This document shows, one piece after another, positions 14,741-28,833 of a stretch of DNA of 64,000 bases. Within the stretch, counting starts at the first letter, position 1; every line of letters starts with the position of its first letter. The notes beneath the pieces were generated by a model, which was given only the letters and a program-made list of their open reading frames with translations, did no database searches and had not been told where the DNA came from. The position numbers were made by a program, and so were the translations under genes. Source of the stretch: Eledone cirrhosa (lineage: Eukaryota); contig OZ024745.1 of NCBI GenBank assembly GCA_964016885.1, forward strand, positions 54,684,001 through 54,748,000, in the 5' to 3' direction.

Positions 14741-14898
14741 AATAATAATTGTTTCTACTTTTGGCACAAGGCCAGCAATTAGCCAGTGTATTACTGGTAC
14801 TTTATTTGATCGACCCCATAAGGATGAAAGGCAAAGTTAACCTCGGCGGGATTTCAACTCATAGTGGCAAGGGCCGTAACTCTATGCGTCAAAGCATG
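14741..14898 (-). mobile_element. SINE copy, 5'-truncated (a further 3' fragment lies at 15065-15128)
   Basis: Matches SINE consensus. Confidence 0.9.
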
Positions 14899-15435
14899 AA
14901 TAAAATGATCCTTATATTACACTTTATCGTCTCAAGAAAAGGAGGGCACATTGAAGAGTGAGATTCGTGATATATACAGCTTGAAAAAGAGACGAGATAC
15001 ACACAGATTTAACATGTTTGAACGGACGTCAGGGTGATCAGAATCGGTTAGGTGTTAAACCACAATAATACAATAATTATTTCTACTTTTGGCACAAGGC
15101 CAGCAAATTACCCCAGTGTATTACTGGTAAGTAATATCTTTAAATAACTGTGGTGGTTTAGAATGTTAGCTGTTGCATGTGTACCTATGAATGTATATAC
15201 ATACGCCTGGATGTGTAATCCTGTTCTGTATATGATTCTGGTGTGTATGTTAATATGTGTTTTAAATAGTCTATATAAATATTGTGAAAGAAGAATTTGA
15301 TTTTTATGCTTATAAATTTCAGTTGGGGAAAATCTTCTCACCTTGTAGTTCATACAATCAATACTTTCCCACTTTCTCACCCTCTCTTTCAAATACAGAC
15401 ACAAAACACACATTCATACATACATCTTTCTCCCC

Positions 15436-15486
<51 letters not shown>

Positions 15487-18400
15487 TTATATATATATAT
15501 ATATATATGTGTGTGTGAGTGTGTGTGTGTGTGCGTGCGTGTTGTTTTAAGTTTGTGCATCGGTATGTAATATTGCGTCATAGATTTAATGGTTCAGTGT
15601 CTTCACCTAACTGAAAAACTACTATGAAACTTGTATCCCCCATTACCGCGAGCAAGGGGAAAGTAAGATCACAGTAGGTGGTTTCGTGCCGGTTTCAATT
15701 CGCGTTAAAAAAATAGATTATTTTAACGTACGTCATTAATGACACGCTGAAAAATATAACAACAAAACTTGCTCTACAATTATTTTATCCTAGTCTCTTA
15801 TAGATACGCCGCCTTTAGTCTATGCTTTAAAAACAACTGAATATCGATATGATGTAAGTCTTTCTGTATTATTCACTTATGCACAATTACACATACACAT
15901 GAACATTTAATCACTTATACAAAAGCACATACACTTTTTTCAATTTTACAAAAGCACACCCGCATGCGTGTACACTAACAATTATTGAGTTCCCAATTCA
16001 CTGCTCATAAATTCTCTAACACAATTATATTTATATAGATAAGTACATGCTCTTATTGGATGTACTTGAATTAAAAGATAATATTCACGCTTAAATCAGG
16101 CCTTACGTTAAAAGCTTTAAAGTGAGATATATGTACAAATCAAAGACGGTGAATCAGAATCTGCCTGAATTTATACAAGAACGACAAAAAAAAAAAAAAA
16201 GAGATATTTCACGTTTCTAAATATGATGTATTGGAAGCACAAAGATATCACGAACGTTAGTAAAAGAGTTTATTACAAATTCTTTACTTAAACTCAAGTG
16301 TCTTTTATTTATTTATGAAAAAATCTATCAGTCACTATAAATGTGTGATATGGAAATACAGAGAAAGAAAACAAGAATGTAAAGGAACGTTACCAATTTA
16401 CAGTAATGTATAATGTAAATTTTACAATCCGTCCTACTGCTTGTTGCATACAAAACAATTTGAACCTACGAATGATCACAAAGCATGCGGCTACATATTA
16501 CAACATTTTCTATCAACATTAACATGAAAACAGCATCGTTGATAACATAATAACACAAGTACAGACAAAACTGTGCATCTCATAATTTTAGCAAAACAAA
16601 TTCCAATTCAACTTGAATTTATAATATCATTTGTTTAGATTTCTATAACGAAATCTATACTACACAAAATGGTTATTTTGATTTATATCTCAAAGTATTC
16701 CTTATGAAGATGTAGAATATATTTTAATCTATAATATAGGAAGAACAATTTGTAATGTTTTACTTCAATAACTATTATGATGTCAAAATTGAGCAATTTC
16801 ATATTATCTCAAATATGACATCAACGACTTCATTTCAATATTAGTTGTATTTTTCTGCCATAAACTATAAAACAAAAATATAAAATTTAACTTAATCTCA
16901 TTGTACTTGAAATATAAATTGAAATATCAAATAAATAAATAAATGAATAAAAAAAGTAAAACTCTTTTATTGCTGCCAAAATCGACTTCCTTTGATTTGG
17001 TAATGAAAGAAAACTATCAATTAAAATGACTCATCTGTGTTATTGGTACTTATTTTATCGATCGTGCATTGTGGAAACTATGGGCAGCAAACATATCTCA
17101 ATATATGAAACAAGAATGAAAATTAATCGAAACACAATACGACAACGTATTTACTGCCGCTAATTCTGACAGGTCTATCTTTAACAAAGTTATTTGAAAT
17201 ATCAACATTTATTTTGTATACTACGTATCTCTTTCATTATTTACGCATAAGAAAGTTATGTTTATGAGTGTTTAAATGAGGCCTTTGATCTGGTTAATGT
17301 TCTACTTGACTAACTACAATAAGACGTATGCAGGATAAACATAGGTAGTGAGAAATTCCAGGTGAATAAGGAACAGGAGTGTTTAAAGTGGGCTTACCGA
17401 GAAATACAATTTGCTGACGAGATGATGAAAAATGAGCGGTTTCAGGTGGGCATGAATAAAAGTGGTACGCAACCAACTAGCTAGAACAAGGAGATGAATT
17501 TCGAAAATTACTTTCTAGGAATGTTATTTCAGATTTAGAAATCCTGATTAGTTTTATTGGTCGTAAAAATGTTTTAGATTAACTATCAATATATATTTCG
17601 CATCGAATTGAACTAAATTATCTAAATAAGTAACAAACATTAACGTTTAATTTTTAACACGAACTGTTTTCCTAATAATTTTTTAAAGCACTGCACAAAA
17701 ATAATTAATAACTGCTTTTCTGGAACATTACATAATTCTGAAAGTAGAAAGAGTTAACTGAGATATTTATCACCAAGTACTGACAACTTGAAACTCGTAT
17801 GCAAAGTAAACATTGTTACAATTAACCATCAAAAACAGGTAACAAATCATTTAATTAGAATTGTCATTTATTCAAGGCATTGATATTGTTAAATTCTCTA
17901 TTGTCTGATTGGAACAGAATTGAGATTGCAACTATGAATGTTTCATTGTGTATATCTATGATCTATATTTTCTTACAAATCTCTTGTGTGTCAGCTGATG
18001 CTCTAAGTTTGGAAATCTTTCAGAAATACAGGACTGATTAGATCCAGAAATCGGATAAAATATCAAAAGGTTATTTTTTTAATGGGAAATAATTGTTACT
18101 GTCACAAGACAAAATACACGTCAGCATTGCAGTGTACCTCAGCAGCGCTTAGGAAGTTGGCAAACTTTCGAATTATATTATAACTATTTATTAAGTAACT
18201 ATCCCGAGTGCTGCCATAATTCAGTAAAATGGTCATTTTGGACATGCAACTGTGGATCCATAACTTAATCGCATCTACAACTTTGTTATATGAAATGAAG
18301 CACATGTTAAGTAAAAATGCCAAACGAATTTGCATGGCTGCAATCATTAGGAAATATGTCATTTAGTCAATGCATTAACCATATGTTTAACCCATAGTAG

Positions 18401-18589
18401 TCAGTAAAGTATAAGGTATAAATGTAGAATCATTTGCGGAAGGGTTATAGCATTCTACTATAAAAGTGAAGAGTGATTAAAAGTACAGAAGTTTCTGAAA
18501 TGTTCCTCCCGAATCCCTTATCAAAATATAGGCCAGAAAATGCAATTTAATCCAACAAATCTCATGAAAATATATTTTCAGAGGATAGG

Positions 18590-18900
18590 AAGACAAACAA
18601 ATACCCGGGCTTGTCCGTCGGCTTTCTCTTCGCATCATCGCCGTCGAGACCTCACGCGTCCTCGGACATACGGCCAAGCACCACCATTATATCGGTGCGT
18701 CAGGAAGCCGTCTGAGGAAAGAGCCTCATGAGGTTGGGTTGGCAGTTGCAGCGGTTGTGTCTGGCCATTGTCTATGGAAATGCCTTTGTAGCATTGTCCG
18801 CAGCGCGCAGCCCAAACACCGCCCCACCCTAGACCCAGTGCTCGTCTTATTCTCCCCCCCCCCCATTCATCTGTGGCCCCAGAGTCCTTGATTATTCTCT
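18590..18900 (+). mobile_element. CRE-like (RLE) non-LTR element, 3' fragment
   Basis: KTNKYPGL..FLF..AVETSRVLG and EVGLAVAAVVSG region homologous to the 29440-29800 fragment. Confidence 0.65.
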
Positions 18901-19635
18901 CCTTTTCCTCTCATTTATGGTATTTATAGTATTTTTCTGCAATTTCCCATAGAGCTAGACCTACCCTTCTTTACGCATTCCCCTGTTTTTACTCTTTACT
19001 TAATTTTGTTTTTATCTTTATTTTTCATAGTTATATAATTATCAATGGTTTTTAAACCCACATTATGTACTTAATTTAAATACAAATTTTGATTAATATA
19101 TGTCTAAGGGAATTTCATTCCTTTGTTCCAAATTTCGAATTCACCGCCAATTCACCTCCTTTGAGAGAACCACGTGTCTATAGCGAAATTTACTGCTAGA
19201 AAACACACCCGCTGAAGCTAGAGAACACAAGACTTGTTGACGAAGTAAATCTTTTGTTCTGTCGCCAAAGGCCATTAAGTTGCAGACCCCTGCAAGCGGA
19301 ATTAGTCGATCACGGATTTACAGAAACCTAGCGGGGATGTTGTATGTTATATGTGATGTATATCGTATGCTATACGATATGCGTTATGTGTTGCATTCAA
19401 TCTCCGCGCAATGGTCCAGGTCAGTCAAAATCTTTCCCTGAGTTCAGTCTTTTTCGTTGCTATGGCAATGCGGCTGGACTGCCGGTCGCCATATTTGATT
19501 TGCAAAGCTGTCTAAACGTATTGTTATTACTCTGGGGTGGGGTATTATTCACCATCGAGTGCTAAAGCTACATTCCGAATCTGCATGCATTAGCTTAGCC
19601 GCAGCTTAAAGCTTCATTAATGCTGTACTAAAATT

Positions 19636-19679
<44 letters not shown>

Positions 19680-19732
19680 GGAAAAGGTTCAGGACCCCGA
19701 CGGCAGAGCTCAAGCCTTTTCGACGGCTATTT

Positions 19733-19735
<3 letters not shown>
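19680..19735 (-). mobile_element. PLE pseudo-LTR 3' end with hammerhead 3' half
   Basis: Minus strand reads GAAAaggcttgagctctgccgTCggggtcctgaaccttttc, between two (TA)n tracts. Confidence 0.55.
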
Positions 19736-19793
<58 letters not shown>

Positions 19794-20632
19794 TTTACAA
19801 CATATTCGTGGATTCTTCGACAGGTCAACTGAATTTCAGCTCATGATAAAAACGATGGTGGTTGATTATTTTACATGCATTTTCATCCTTAACGCAATAA
19901 TCAGATCAATTCAGCGTGACACAATGACACAATGTGAACAGTCCAGGCCTTTCAAATGCAGTCACAATCTTGGGAAAGAAAGGGAGACGTGGGGAAGGAT
20001 AAAAGGCAAACTGGATCTCAGTTGGTTTTAAACTCGAAACGAAGAGATCCACGCAATATATTAGATGATCAATAATTTATAAAATGTTATTTCGTGGTTG
20101 GTATATTTTTGATAATATGTGTATTTTGTCAGGACTCTCCTAGATGTAAGCCACAAAAAAAAAACTTACAACTTTACATCTGACTCCACAGCTAAACAGT
20201 CTAAATTGCTGGAAATAGTGGAGGAAGTGATTATACTAAACATTTCCTATTCTGAAGGTTTTAGTCTTGTTGAAAATCCTAAAGGTAACAAATAAATTCT
20301 CTGGTAAAAACATTATTGATGTATGTGGATATATTTTTAATATACCGGCGTGATGCAATCTGTTACTATTATATAATCAGTAATTGTTGCTCTTGTAACA
20401 AAGTCTTGTCGTTATACAATATCCTCATGTTTTCACTCGCTAGATTTCTATCATTAACATCATAAAATCTCATAAACATCGAAAGAAATATGTACGAGGT
20501 GTTACAGAGATATACGTTAGGAATGCATATATATATGTTTGGTTTGAATTTTTAAAAATCCATCACCAATAAAAATATAGATAAATAGATAGAGGGAGAG
20601 AGAGAGAGAGGGGTGGGGAGAGAGAGAGAGAG

Positions 20633-20707
<75 letters not shown>

Positions 20708-21099
20708 AGAGAGTGAGAGTGATAGAGAGAGAGAATGTATTTTCATATTTTCCTCAATCTGTAATTGTCTGAAATATTTCTCATCATATACCGGTGAAAG
20801 TGTTAGACCATTGATAATGATGTTGCTAGACTGGCTTGTAACTTAAGCTCACTTTAGAATCCTATAGGGACATTTATCCTGGCCGAGCTCCATCTCTATA
20901 TCTTACAAGAATGTCGAAACCAGATTAAGTTGTGTCTTCGTACCATTTATATTCTTGCTGTTCTCTTTCAGATCGTCCACATGTAAAGTTAATGTTTCTG
21001 ACCTCCCATGAATGAATTACGTCCCCTTTATATTTCCTCGGCATAAAGAGCAAGGGATGTACTAATAGTATAAACAGCATCCCGGAAAACTGTGTTGTG

Positions 21100-21500
21100 A
21101 AATATATATTCGATAGCGAATACAAGCAGTCGAAATGAGGTTCCTCCGAAGTGTCTTTGGAATAACGTTACTCGATAGAGTTCGTAGCTCGGAGATTGGA
21201 AAGTTACTCCAGGTAGGGCCGCTACTTCTCTGATACTATGGGCATACTATAGTATGTCTTCTGAAACAAAAAACCTTTCGCAGGACAGATTTTACGGGCA
21301 AAACCAACTGGCATAAGACGCAGCAGTAGACGCTAAGCAAGACTGTTGTATAACATCCAGAGATTGGTTGGTCTCGCTTAGGGATCCAGCCGGATCAGTT
21401 GGAGTCGGTCGCCACTGGCAGGAGCCGCTGGAAGGAATGTTGGAGGACTTTCCCTCCCCGACGCTATCATGAATAAGTGGGCAGAGAAGAAGAGAAGAAC
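21100..21500 (+). mobile_element. RTE LINE 3' fragment
   Basis: IQAVEMRFLRSVFGITLLDRVRSSEIG; homologous to 500-810; gaagaaga-type tail. Confidence 0.8.
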
Positions 21501-21989
21501 GCTGTAATACTGAGTTTGGCAATGACAATACAGTCCTTCCTTGCATGTAGCATCCAAGAAATAGAATTCAAATGCGTTCTTGTAACCTAGCGATACCGTA
21601 ACTAAGCTTCCTGTATGCCACCGCATATCTAACGTCATAGTTGTGTTAATTAAGAGTTGCTCAGCACACTTCCAACCACCTTTCCTCCCAGCTGCTTGCT
21701 CTTCTGTGATGATATTCCCGTGACAGTGATCTTACAAGAATAGTTTCAGACATATTATGTACATTATATACAATCAATTCTGGCAAGCAATCTGTCAGAA
21801 GTTTATTTTCCGCCAAATAAATTTCTTTGTTTAGGGGTATCAGACCAGTCTCTGCCAATGCCAAAGAGGTTGGTATATGCATATTTCCATTAAGAGCTTG
21901 CTGTACAATATCCTACAACCAAGACTGTTTATTGTTCACTGTTATACTCTAGATTTCCTATCACAATCGGAAAGCTATCACCATTTATA

Positions 21990-22160
21990 ATGTATGTATG
22001 TATGTATGTATGTATGTATGTATGTATGTATGTATGTATGTATGTATGTGTGTATGTGTGTATGTATGTATGTATGTATGTATGTATGTATGTATGTATG
22101 TATGTATGTATGTATGTGTGTATGTATGTATGTATGTATGTATGTATGTATGTATGTGTA
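21990..22160. repeat. (TATG)n microsatellite
   Basis: Direct reading. Confidence 0.95.
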
Positions 22161-22653
22161 TGAATATGTGCATGCGTGTATATAAATATGTTTTTATATA
22201 TATGCATGCTTGCACACGCGAGCAGGTGTCTCTGATTTATTTCTTTTGATTAGCCTCAGGCTACTACTGAATAGGTGAAACGGTATTGAAAATCATTTCA
22301 GTCGTAGCGTTTCTGCATTTATTTCAGGCAGTATATCTAGGACATCATCCAATTTATTTCGTCTTATGGACAGTAGGTTTTCATTTGCGTGTTATTTGGC
22401 ACACATAGACCCCCCCCCCCACACACACACACAAATATATATATATATATATATAGGAAAAGAGTCAGGACCCTGACGGCTGAGCTCCGGCCGCTTCAAC
22501 AGCTAGATCCGAACTAAGCCACCAGTATTAAAACGACGGGAATCTGGCTGAACTTATCTGACCATATATGGTCATGCAGTGAAAGCAAAAAAGCAAAACA
22601 TCTAAGCAAAAAATCCTAAAAGTTTATTTATATATATATATATTTAATATAGA

Positions 22654-22711
22654 AGTAGCTTCTACAGGACTAGAACTGTTTCACTCAGGAGAAATCATCA
22701 GAAAGCCTACT
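22654..22711 (-). ncRNA. Type I hammerhead ribozyme motif in a PLE pseudo-LTR
   Basis: Minus strand: agtaggcttt CTGATGA tttctcctgagt GAAA cag ttctagtc ctg TA gaagctact; intact core, stems I-III pair, GUA cleavage triplet. Confidence 0.85.
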
Positions 22712-23002
22712 GTTAATGTAATATGGTGGTATATATACATCTTCTGGTAGTAGGAGATGGTGGTGATTGGGATGGGTGGAGGTCATTGGTTGATGGATTT
22801 AAAGAAAAGGGAATCTCTAAAAATATATTTAGAGAAAAAATCAGGCTAAGTACCTATATACAAACACGAACACACTGAAAGGCACTCCTAATTTTCAAGG
22901 TTAATGTATTCCAAGCAAACAATGTGTGTATGAGAATGTGTATATGTACATGTGCATATATGTACACACACATATATATACATATATATATATATATATA
23001 GT

Positions 23003-23168
23003 AATAATAATTGTTTCTACTTTTGGCACAAGGTCAGTAATTATCCCAGTGTATTACTGGTACTTTATTTTATCGTAAGGCAAAGTTAACCTCGGCGGGA
23101 TTTGAACTCAGACCATAAAGGGCCGTAACTCTTTGCTGCAAAGCATGGTGTCAGACCCTCTACCGATA
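23003..23168 (-). mobile_element. SINE copy with small internal deletion
   Basis: Matches SINE consensus. Confidence 0.9.
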
Positions 23169-23281
23169 GAGGGCTCGATAAGGATAAATATATATCAAAT
23201 ATATATGAACCCTAGAGCAAATATTTATTAAAATAACATTAAAGTTTAAGCCAAAATCACTGCTTTCACCCTTAACGGGAT

Positions 23282-23284
<3 letters not shown>
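23169..23284 (-). mobile_element. PLE pseudo-LTR 3' fragment, same family as 43414-43610 and 37260-37327
   Basis: Reverse complement of gatcccgttaagggtgaaagcag...tccttatcgagccctc; abuts (TA)n. Confidence 0.7.
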
Positions 23285-23364
<80 letters not shown>

Positions 23365-26300
23365 CGATAAGTAAATGTCACTATGAGGTGTGGGCGCATA
23401 TTGTTTGTGTGCGTGTGTATCTTTCCGAAGCGAATACAAAAAAAAGGTGACATATATGTCTTTAAGCATGTGTATTCATCACTATTTTAAGTGAAGTAGT
23501 CCAAACTGAAGTAGTTAACAACATCGCAGAATTGTTTGGCCTAAAGTTCTCTGTTCTGTTTATACGCCCGGAAGACAGTTATTCACATAGACTGACATAT
23601 AAGTAAACAAAATCGACTCACGAGTTTGAATTCCCGATCCTATAAACAATGGTGTTCAACAATGGAAATGCAATAAATAAATATTTGAATATATTTGAAG
23701 GCTCTTTTCAGTTTATCATTCGTTAGCTTCGTACATAAGCGCATCGAGTTTCAGCGAGTTTCCTCTTTCTGTCACGATTGTTTATTCAGCTATGGATCTC
23801 TTGATATTCCTTGCTAATTAATAGTCAACAGAGAAACACGTTTCTGCTGACTGAAATCCTTACAGCAGCGCTTCAACAAGAAAAAGAAAAAAAATAATAA
23901 TAATAATACCTCTTTAGAAATGATTAGCTTACAAATAATTTATCAATACTTAATTATTTGTTGTTTGAAGGGAATGATTAATTTTCAGTTGATAAACAAA
24001 CAATTAAAAAAAGATGAAGGAAGAGGATCGAAGGAATTAATTGAAAATTTAACTGCATTTTAAAACTATAGTATAGACATTTGAGTAGTGGATGAAGATT
24101 GCTTATCTGTCAATAGAATAATTACTTTCCTGCAAAAACTTGTGGCTATGGTTTTAAAATTGGATAGGAAAAATGAAGGATAGAATTACTAGTCCCTTAT
24201 CCGACCACTTAACAGTTTTAGTTCATGGGGTAGATGTTTGCCATAACTGTGGCGCGGCACATTTATATACTTTGTATGGTTTACATGTCACCGATGAGTT
24301 TCCAATGTAGTGTCGGAAAAGGCGAGTATAAATTTGATGATGTTTAGCAACCTTCATACGACATGGTGTTGAATATACATATATATTACTTTGCGACAAC
24401 CTTTAATACATTTTCTGTTTATCTTTCAAAATAATTTTTGTATTTGTGTTACTTATATAACAACATTTCTGAAAGTTGAGCATGTGCTACAAGATTTTTA
24501 GTGCATTATTCACTTTGTCGGGAATAGAAAACGATGCAAAATCACAAAGATATAATATGCCTATTCTGTATTTAATAAACATAATAGAAAATGTACCTGT
24601 AGTTGAGTACTATGTTTGAAATATTTTAAATTAATGTATCGTACACATAGCAGTAGAGAGAGGGAAATGTCTTCGTTGTCAAATAGACAATGATTTATAA
24701 ACCATCATGGAATTTTCATTGTTATTAAGCCACACACCCAGGTTCTGTTTAACTCCGATTAATGAGCTGTGAGAAACAATTATAACTTTTTACACCCAAA
24801 TTTACCCATGAATATGAGTGTTTTAGTGTTCCAAATGAACCTACAGCATTATGTTTCCACCTTATTATCTTGGACATGTTTGCGAAGAATATCGGAGTTA
24901 CTCATATTTTTTCTAAACAGGCATAATGTTTTATAAACTAAGCTATATCCATAAGGCTGAAGGATATAAAAATGAAATCGAACTCAACACTCGTTAAAAC
25001 ACACATATATAATAATCGTAGCAGCCCTTATTATTGGGGAAGTGGATTAGCAGAATTATTATGGCAGTTGATTAGAATTCTGTTTGGAATAAATATGTTG
25101 TGTTGTTATTCAGAACTGCGTTCACATCTTGCCAAGCTCAACACTGTCTTTCTTCATTCTGGAGTCGATAAGATGTAATAACTATTGGAGTCGATTTTAT
25201 CGATTATGATTGTTTTCCCTACTTTGTGGTTAAGTACTATTTTTTGTATCGTAGTTAGTCGTGTAATATATGGACTCACCGGCCTCACTCTACTACAAGA
25301 AATACGATTACACAGAAGCCAAACTTCTTTCAATTCTTGTGGAAATGATATTCACATACGTTGCCAAGAAAAATGGACGGAATAACGTATCTATCGATGT
25401 GCAGCAGCAAGCATTAATTTTCATATATACCGGAGATGTTTTATGTATTCGGCGTTCAGAAAATGTTTACCAAGGGAAGATGTTTGGCAATTAGACTCTT
25501 GACTGACGCTTATATTCCACTACCAGCGGCAGAACAAAAACAGTAGAACGTTGTCTGTTGCATTCAACAGAAGCTTCAGCCTGTTTTATATGAGAGATGA
25601 TGGCATGATTGATGATAAAGCCGTTTTATGACGAGAACAGTGTTTCCGTAACAACGGCTATAATCTACAGATACGGTATGTTATAAGCGTGAGTTATTTA
25701 AAATAGCTTCGATCTACTGTCAATGCGTGCGAGACAGACGCATCTGTCACTCATGCCAAATAAGAACAACCAGTGTTGGAATTAACTGGTCGGTATGAAG
25801 AATGACGAAATATGGTGGACATATTTGAACGAGCTGATGAGATTAATTTTCTCTCAGAGCAAACCATAATCAATTTTTGTAAGTACGTATTGAAGAGGAA
25901 ATTGAAAGTGGAGAGAAACTTCCTGCCTTATAGCTAGTTTGCTGTTGGGTGGTGTGTTGATATGATGTAATCGATATGTGGATTGGTGAGTTGATAGGAG
26001 GTAGTGAGTTGATATGATGTGATCAATATGTGGATTAGTAGTACAGAAAAAGGTGCTTCCAGTTATATGTTAATCAGAAAATTATCAATCATTTATATTA
26101 ATTTTATCTTTTATTTAGTTTGAGAAATACATGTACAATTCCATTTGTTGAAAGGTTATTAATACATCATTGCTAAATGCATACAAGTTATACATCGTGC
26201 GGTTAAGAATTATATTCATGTTATAAGAAAAGGTTTTGTAAATCTTGTGAAAGTTAACCAATACTGTGAGAGAATTCCTTAATTATATCTCTAGATTCGC

Positions 26301-26729
26301 GTATTGCTGCTTTCTCGACATATTGTTATGCCTATCCTTTTAGATAATGTATCATAGTCTTTAAAGATCGTAATTTACTATTCCCGTCGTATCGGTTTCA
26401 ACGCGAAAAACATTCATTCCTTATCTGCTACAATGTTATTTCAAATCATCATATCTACACAGTAATCCGGGCAACCAAATACTGTACATCTCAAAAGGTA
26501 AACGAATGCTGTAATATACCAATACACATTTATTTGAACATCGAATAAAATCCGCACAGGCTGTATTGACCTTTCCCAGAAAATTCTTTCGTGGTTTTGA
26601 TACCGGGAGCATTGTTGGTTTGAATTAGATTTTATAGGCACAGAGATTCTCTAAGACGGACATGTTCAAGATGTACACAGTGATGAAACCGTTCTGCATG
26701 CACTCGACTAGTGTCCGTGCATTAGTAAC

Positions 26730-27545
26730 ATTTTAAATTTTGTCGAGCCGCCGAGTTGGAAATGGTAGGTGTAGGATCAATCGGCTGGAATTTACAGGCA
26801 GCAGGGTATTACTTAACTCGACAGTCGGTGGTCTGCCACATTCATTTAATAGGTTTGATGCCGAGTCCTGCACGGTGTTAATGAAAATCAGTGCTGCGAA
26901 GACTAGGTTTCTCGCCCTGTCGTGGAAGCATGCGTAGCGCATTCTTCATATTAATGGAGTTCCACTAAAGCAATTGAACAAATTCAAGTGTTGCGGGGTC
27001 GTGTTCGCGCGGGATGGAAAGCAGGTGGCTAAAATATGTCCAAGAATTACAGAAAGTGGTGCAGTAATGCGCCTGCTTAAGCATTCGATAATCAGAAGAA
27101 GGGAGGTAGGTGTAAAAGCCAAAGTCTCTATCTGCAATTCAGTATTCATGCTAACACTTACCTATGGTCATGAATCTTGGGTAACGAAAGAATACGATCG
27201 CGAAAAAAAAGCGGTGAATCTTGGAAACCAGAGGGTTGCTCTAGGTAGAAAGGCTATTTCTCTGCAGTGAGAGATCACAGCTAAAATATAAAGGGCATGC
27301 TAGATTGTCTCAGGAAGGAATCGCTGGACAAATATTACGGGCGAAACTAAACGGCAGGAGACCCAGGGTAGATCCCAAGCGAGATAGTTGAATAACATAC
27401 ATAAGTTCGGCTGATCTCGCTTGGGGATCCTGCCAGAACAACTGTAGACATTTGCGTCTGACAGGTCCCCCTCGAAGGCGTGTTCGAAGCCTTTGCCCCC
27501 ACGGCCCTCTCAAGAATAAATTGGCGAAGAAGAAGCAGAATAAAC
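26730..27545 (+). mobile_element. RTE LINE 3' fragment
   Basis: LMKISAAKT, KFKCCGVVFARDG, TLTYGHESWV; gaagaagaag tail. Confidence 0.85.
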
Positions 27546-28042
27546 GATGTGTCTTGCGAAAAGTTGACTCAAACTTGGAAATCGCTCCGACGCTTTCTTT
27601 TGTTCTAGAAAGTGGCAGATTTCCTCTGTTTGATAGATATGGAGAAAGCTATTGTAAGCAGGCGCGATTGAAATGACCTGAAACAGAAACTTAGTTCATC
27701 GTTCAGTTCGAGACAGTAGTGCTTTCTTTCTTTTTTTGTATTTGTTAAAAGGCGAATGAATATTAGGAGAAGGACCCCACTGAAAAGGCATAGTATAAAG
27801 CACGCGCCTGTAGTATGGATAACACAGAGGTTAGGTGCTTTTGTTGACTGGGTAATTTAAGAACTGTTGGGTTCCTAAGATAATCTTGGATGCTGCTGCT
27901 ATCTATGGGGAAATTCTGGTTTTCAATTTCTTGTAACTTGTAACTTGATACCTGGTTGATTTCTCTACACGTGTATTCATATGTAGCTTTCTACTGAGCC
28001 GTTTACTGTATTGCTCTGTATTATTAGGTGGATTGGCAATAA

Positions 28043-28433
28043 GGGCGGTGGATTGGCAGTATCGGTAGAGGGTCGGACGCCATGCTTTGACGCATAGAGT
28101 TACGGCCCTTTCTATTCTGAGTTAAAATCCCGCCGAGGTTAACTTTGCCTTTCATACTTACGGGGTCGATAAAATAAAGCACCAGTAATGCTGGCCTTGT
28201 GCCAAAAGTAGAAACAATTATTAGTAGTATTATTTGTTTGTAGACTTGGATTGGCAGTATCGGTAGAGGGTCGGACGCCATGCTTTGCAGCAAAGAGTTA
28301 CGGCCCTTTATGGTTTGATTTCAAATCCCGCCGAGGTTAACTTTGTTTTTCATCCTTACGGGGTCGATAAAATAAAGTACCAGTAATACACTGGGATAAT
28401 TGCTGGCCTTGTGCCAAAAGTAGAAACAATTAT
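28043..28433 (+). mobile_element. Two tandem SINE copies (28043-28223 and 28247-28433)
   Basis: Second copy has 18-bp TSD attatttgtttgtagact at 28229-28246 and 28429-28446. Confidence 0.95.
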
Positions 28434-28642
28434 TTGTTTGTAGACTAACAGCTGGGAGTAATCACTTTTTTTTCGTTGTCGTGGCAGTATAAAAAAAACG
28501 ACTCTGTTGAAATGAATAGAGGGTGGAGTTTTAATTGCCTACGGCATCATTTGGTTTTCAGGGGACTTGTGGGGTTCCTCGATTAAGTTTGTTTATTGCT
28601 CCAGCCTATCAGAGAATTCTGTCGTTATTTATATATTGTATA

Positions 28643-28833
28643 AGGGTGGTAGATTGGCAGAATCGGTAGAGCGTCAGACACCATGCTTTCTAGCATAGTT
28701 ACGTCCCTTTACAGTCTGAGTTCAAATCCCACCGAGGTTAACTTTGCCTTTCATCCTTACGGGGTCGATAAAATAAAGTACCAGTAATGTACTGGTTAAT
28801 TGCTGGCCTTGTGCCTAACGTAGAAACAGTTAT
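28643..28833 (+). mobile_element. Full-length SINE
   Basis: A box tggcagaatcgg, B box gagttcaaatcc; 16-bp TSD gttatttatatattgt at 28624-28639 and 28829-28844. Confidence 0.95.

Noticed and set aside
21540-21930. Possible old LINE C-terminal remnant on minus strand (LALAETGLIPL...SWEERW)
   Set aside because: Family cannot be assigned by eye
25380-25900. Faint mariner-like transposase remnant
   Set aside because: Only vague similarity by eye, no intact WVPHEL/YSPDL motifs or TIRs; needs a profile search
25956-26042. Short direct duplication gttgatatgatgt..atatgtggatt
   Set aside because: Ordinary local slippage duplication with no further structure
27545-27690. Minus-strand candidate exon or hAT dimerisation remnant (ERFPSLSQLFARH) after a tttctgtttcag acceptor-like site
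   Set aside because: No donor site or partner exon; the ASS part comes from the RTE tail
28043-28833. Repeated units with spacers suggesting a CRISPR-like array
   Set aside because: Independent ~190-bp SINE insertions with own TSDs in eukaryotic DNA; no cas genes
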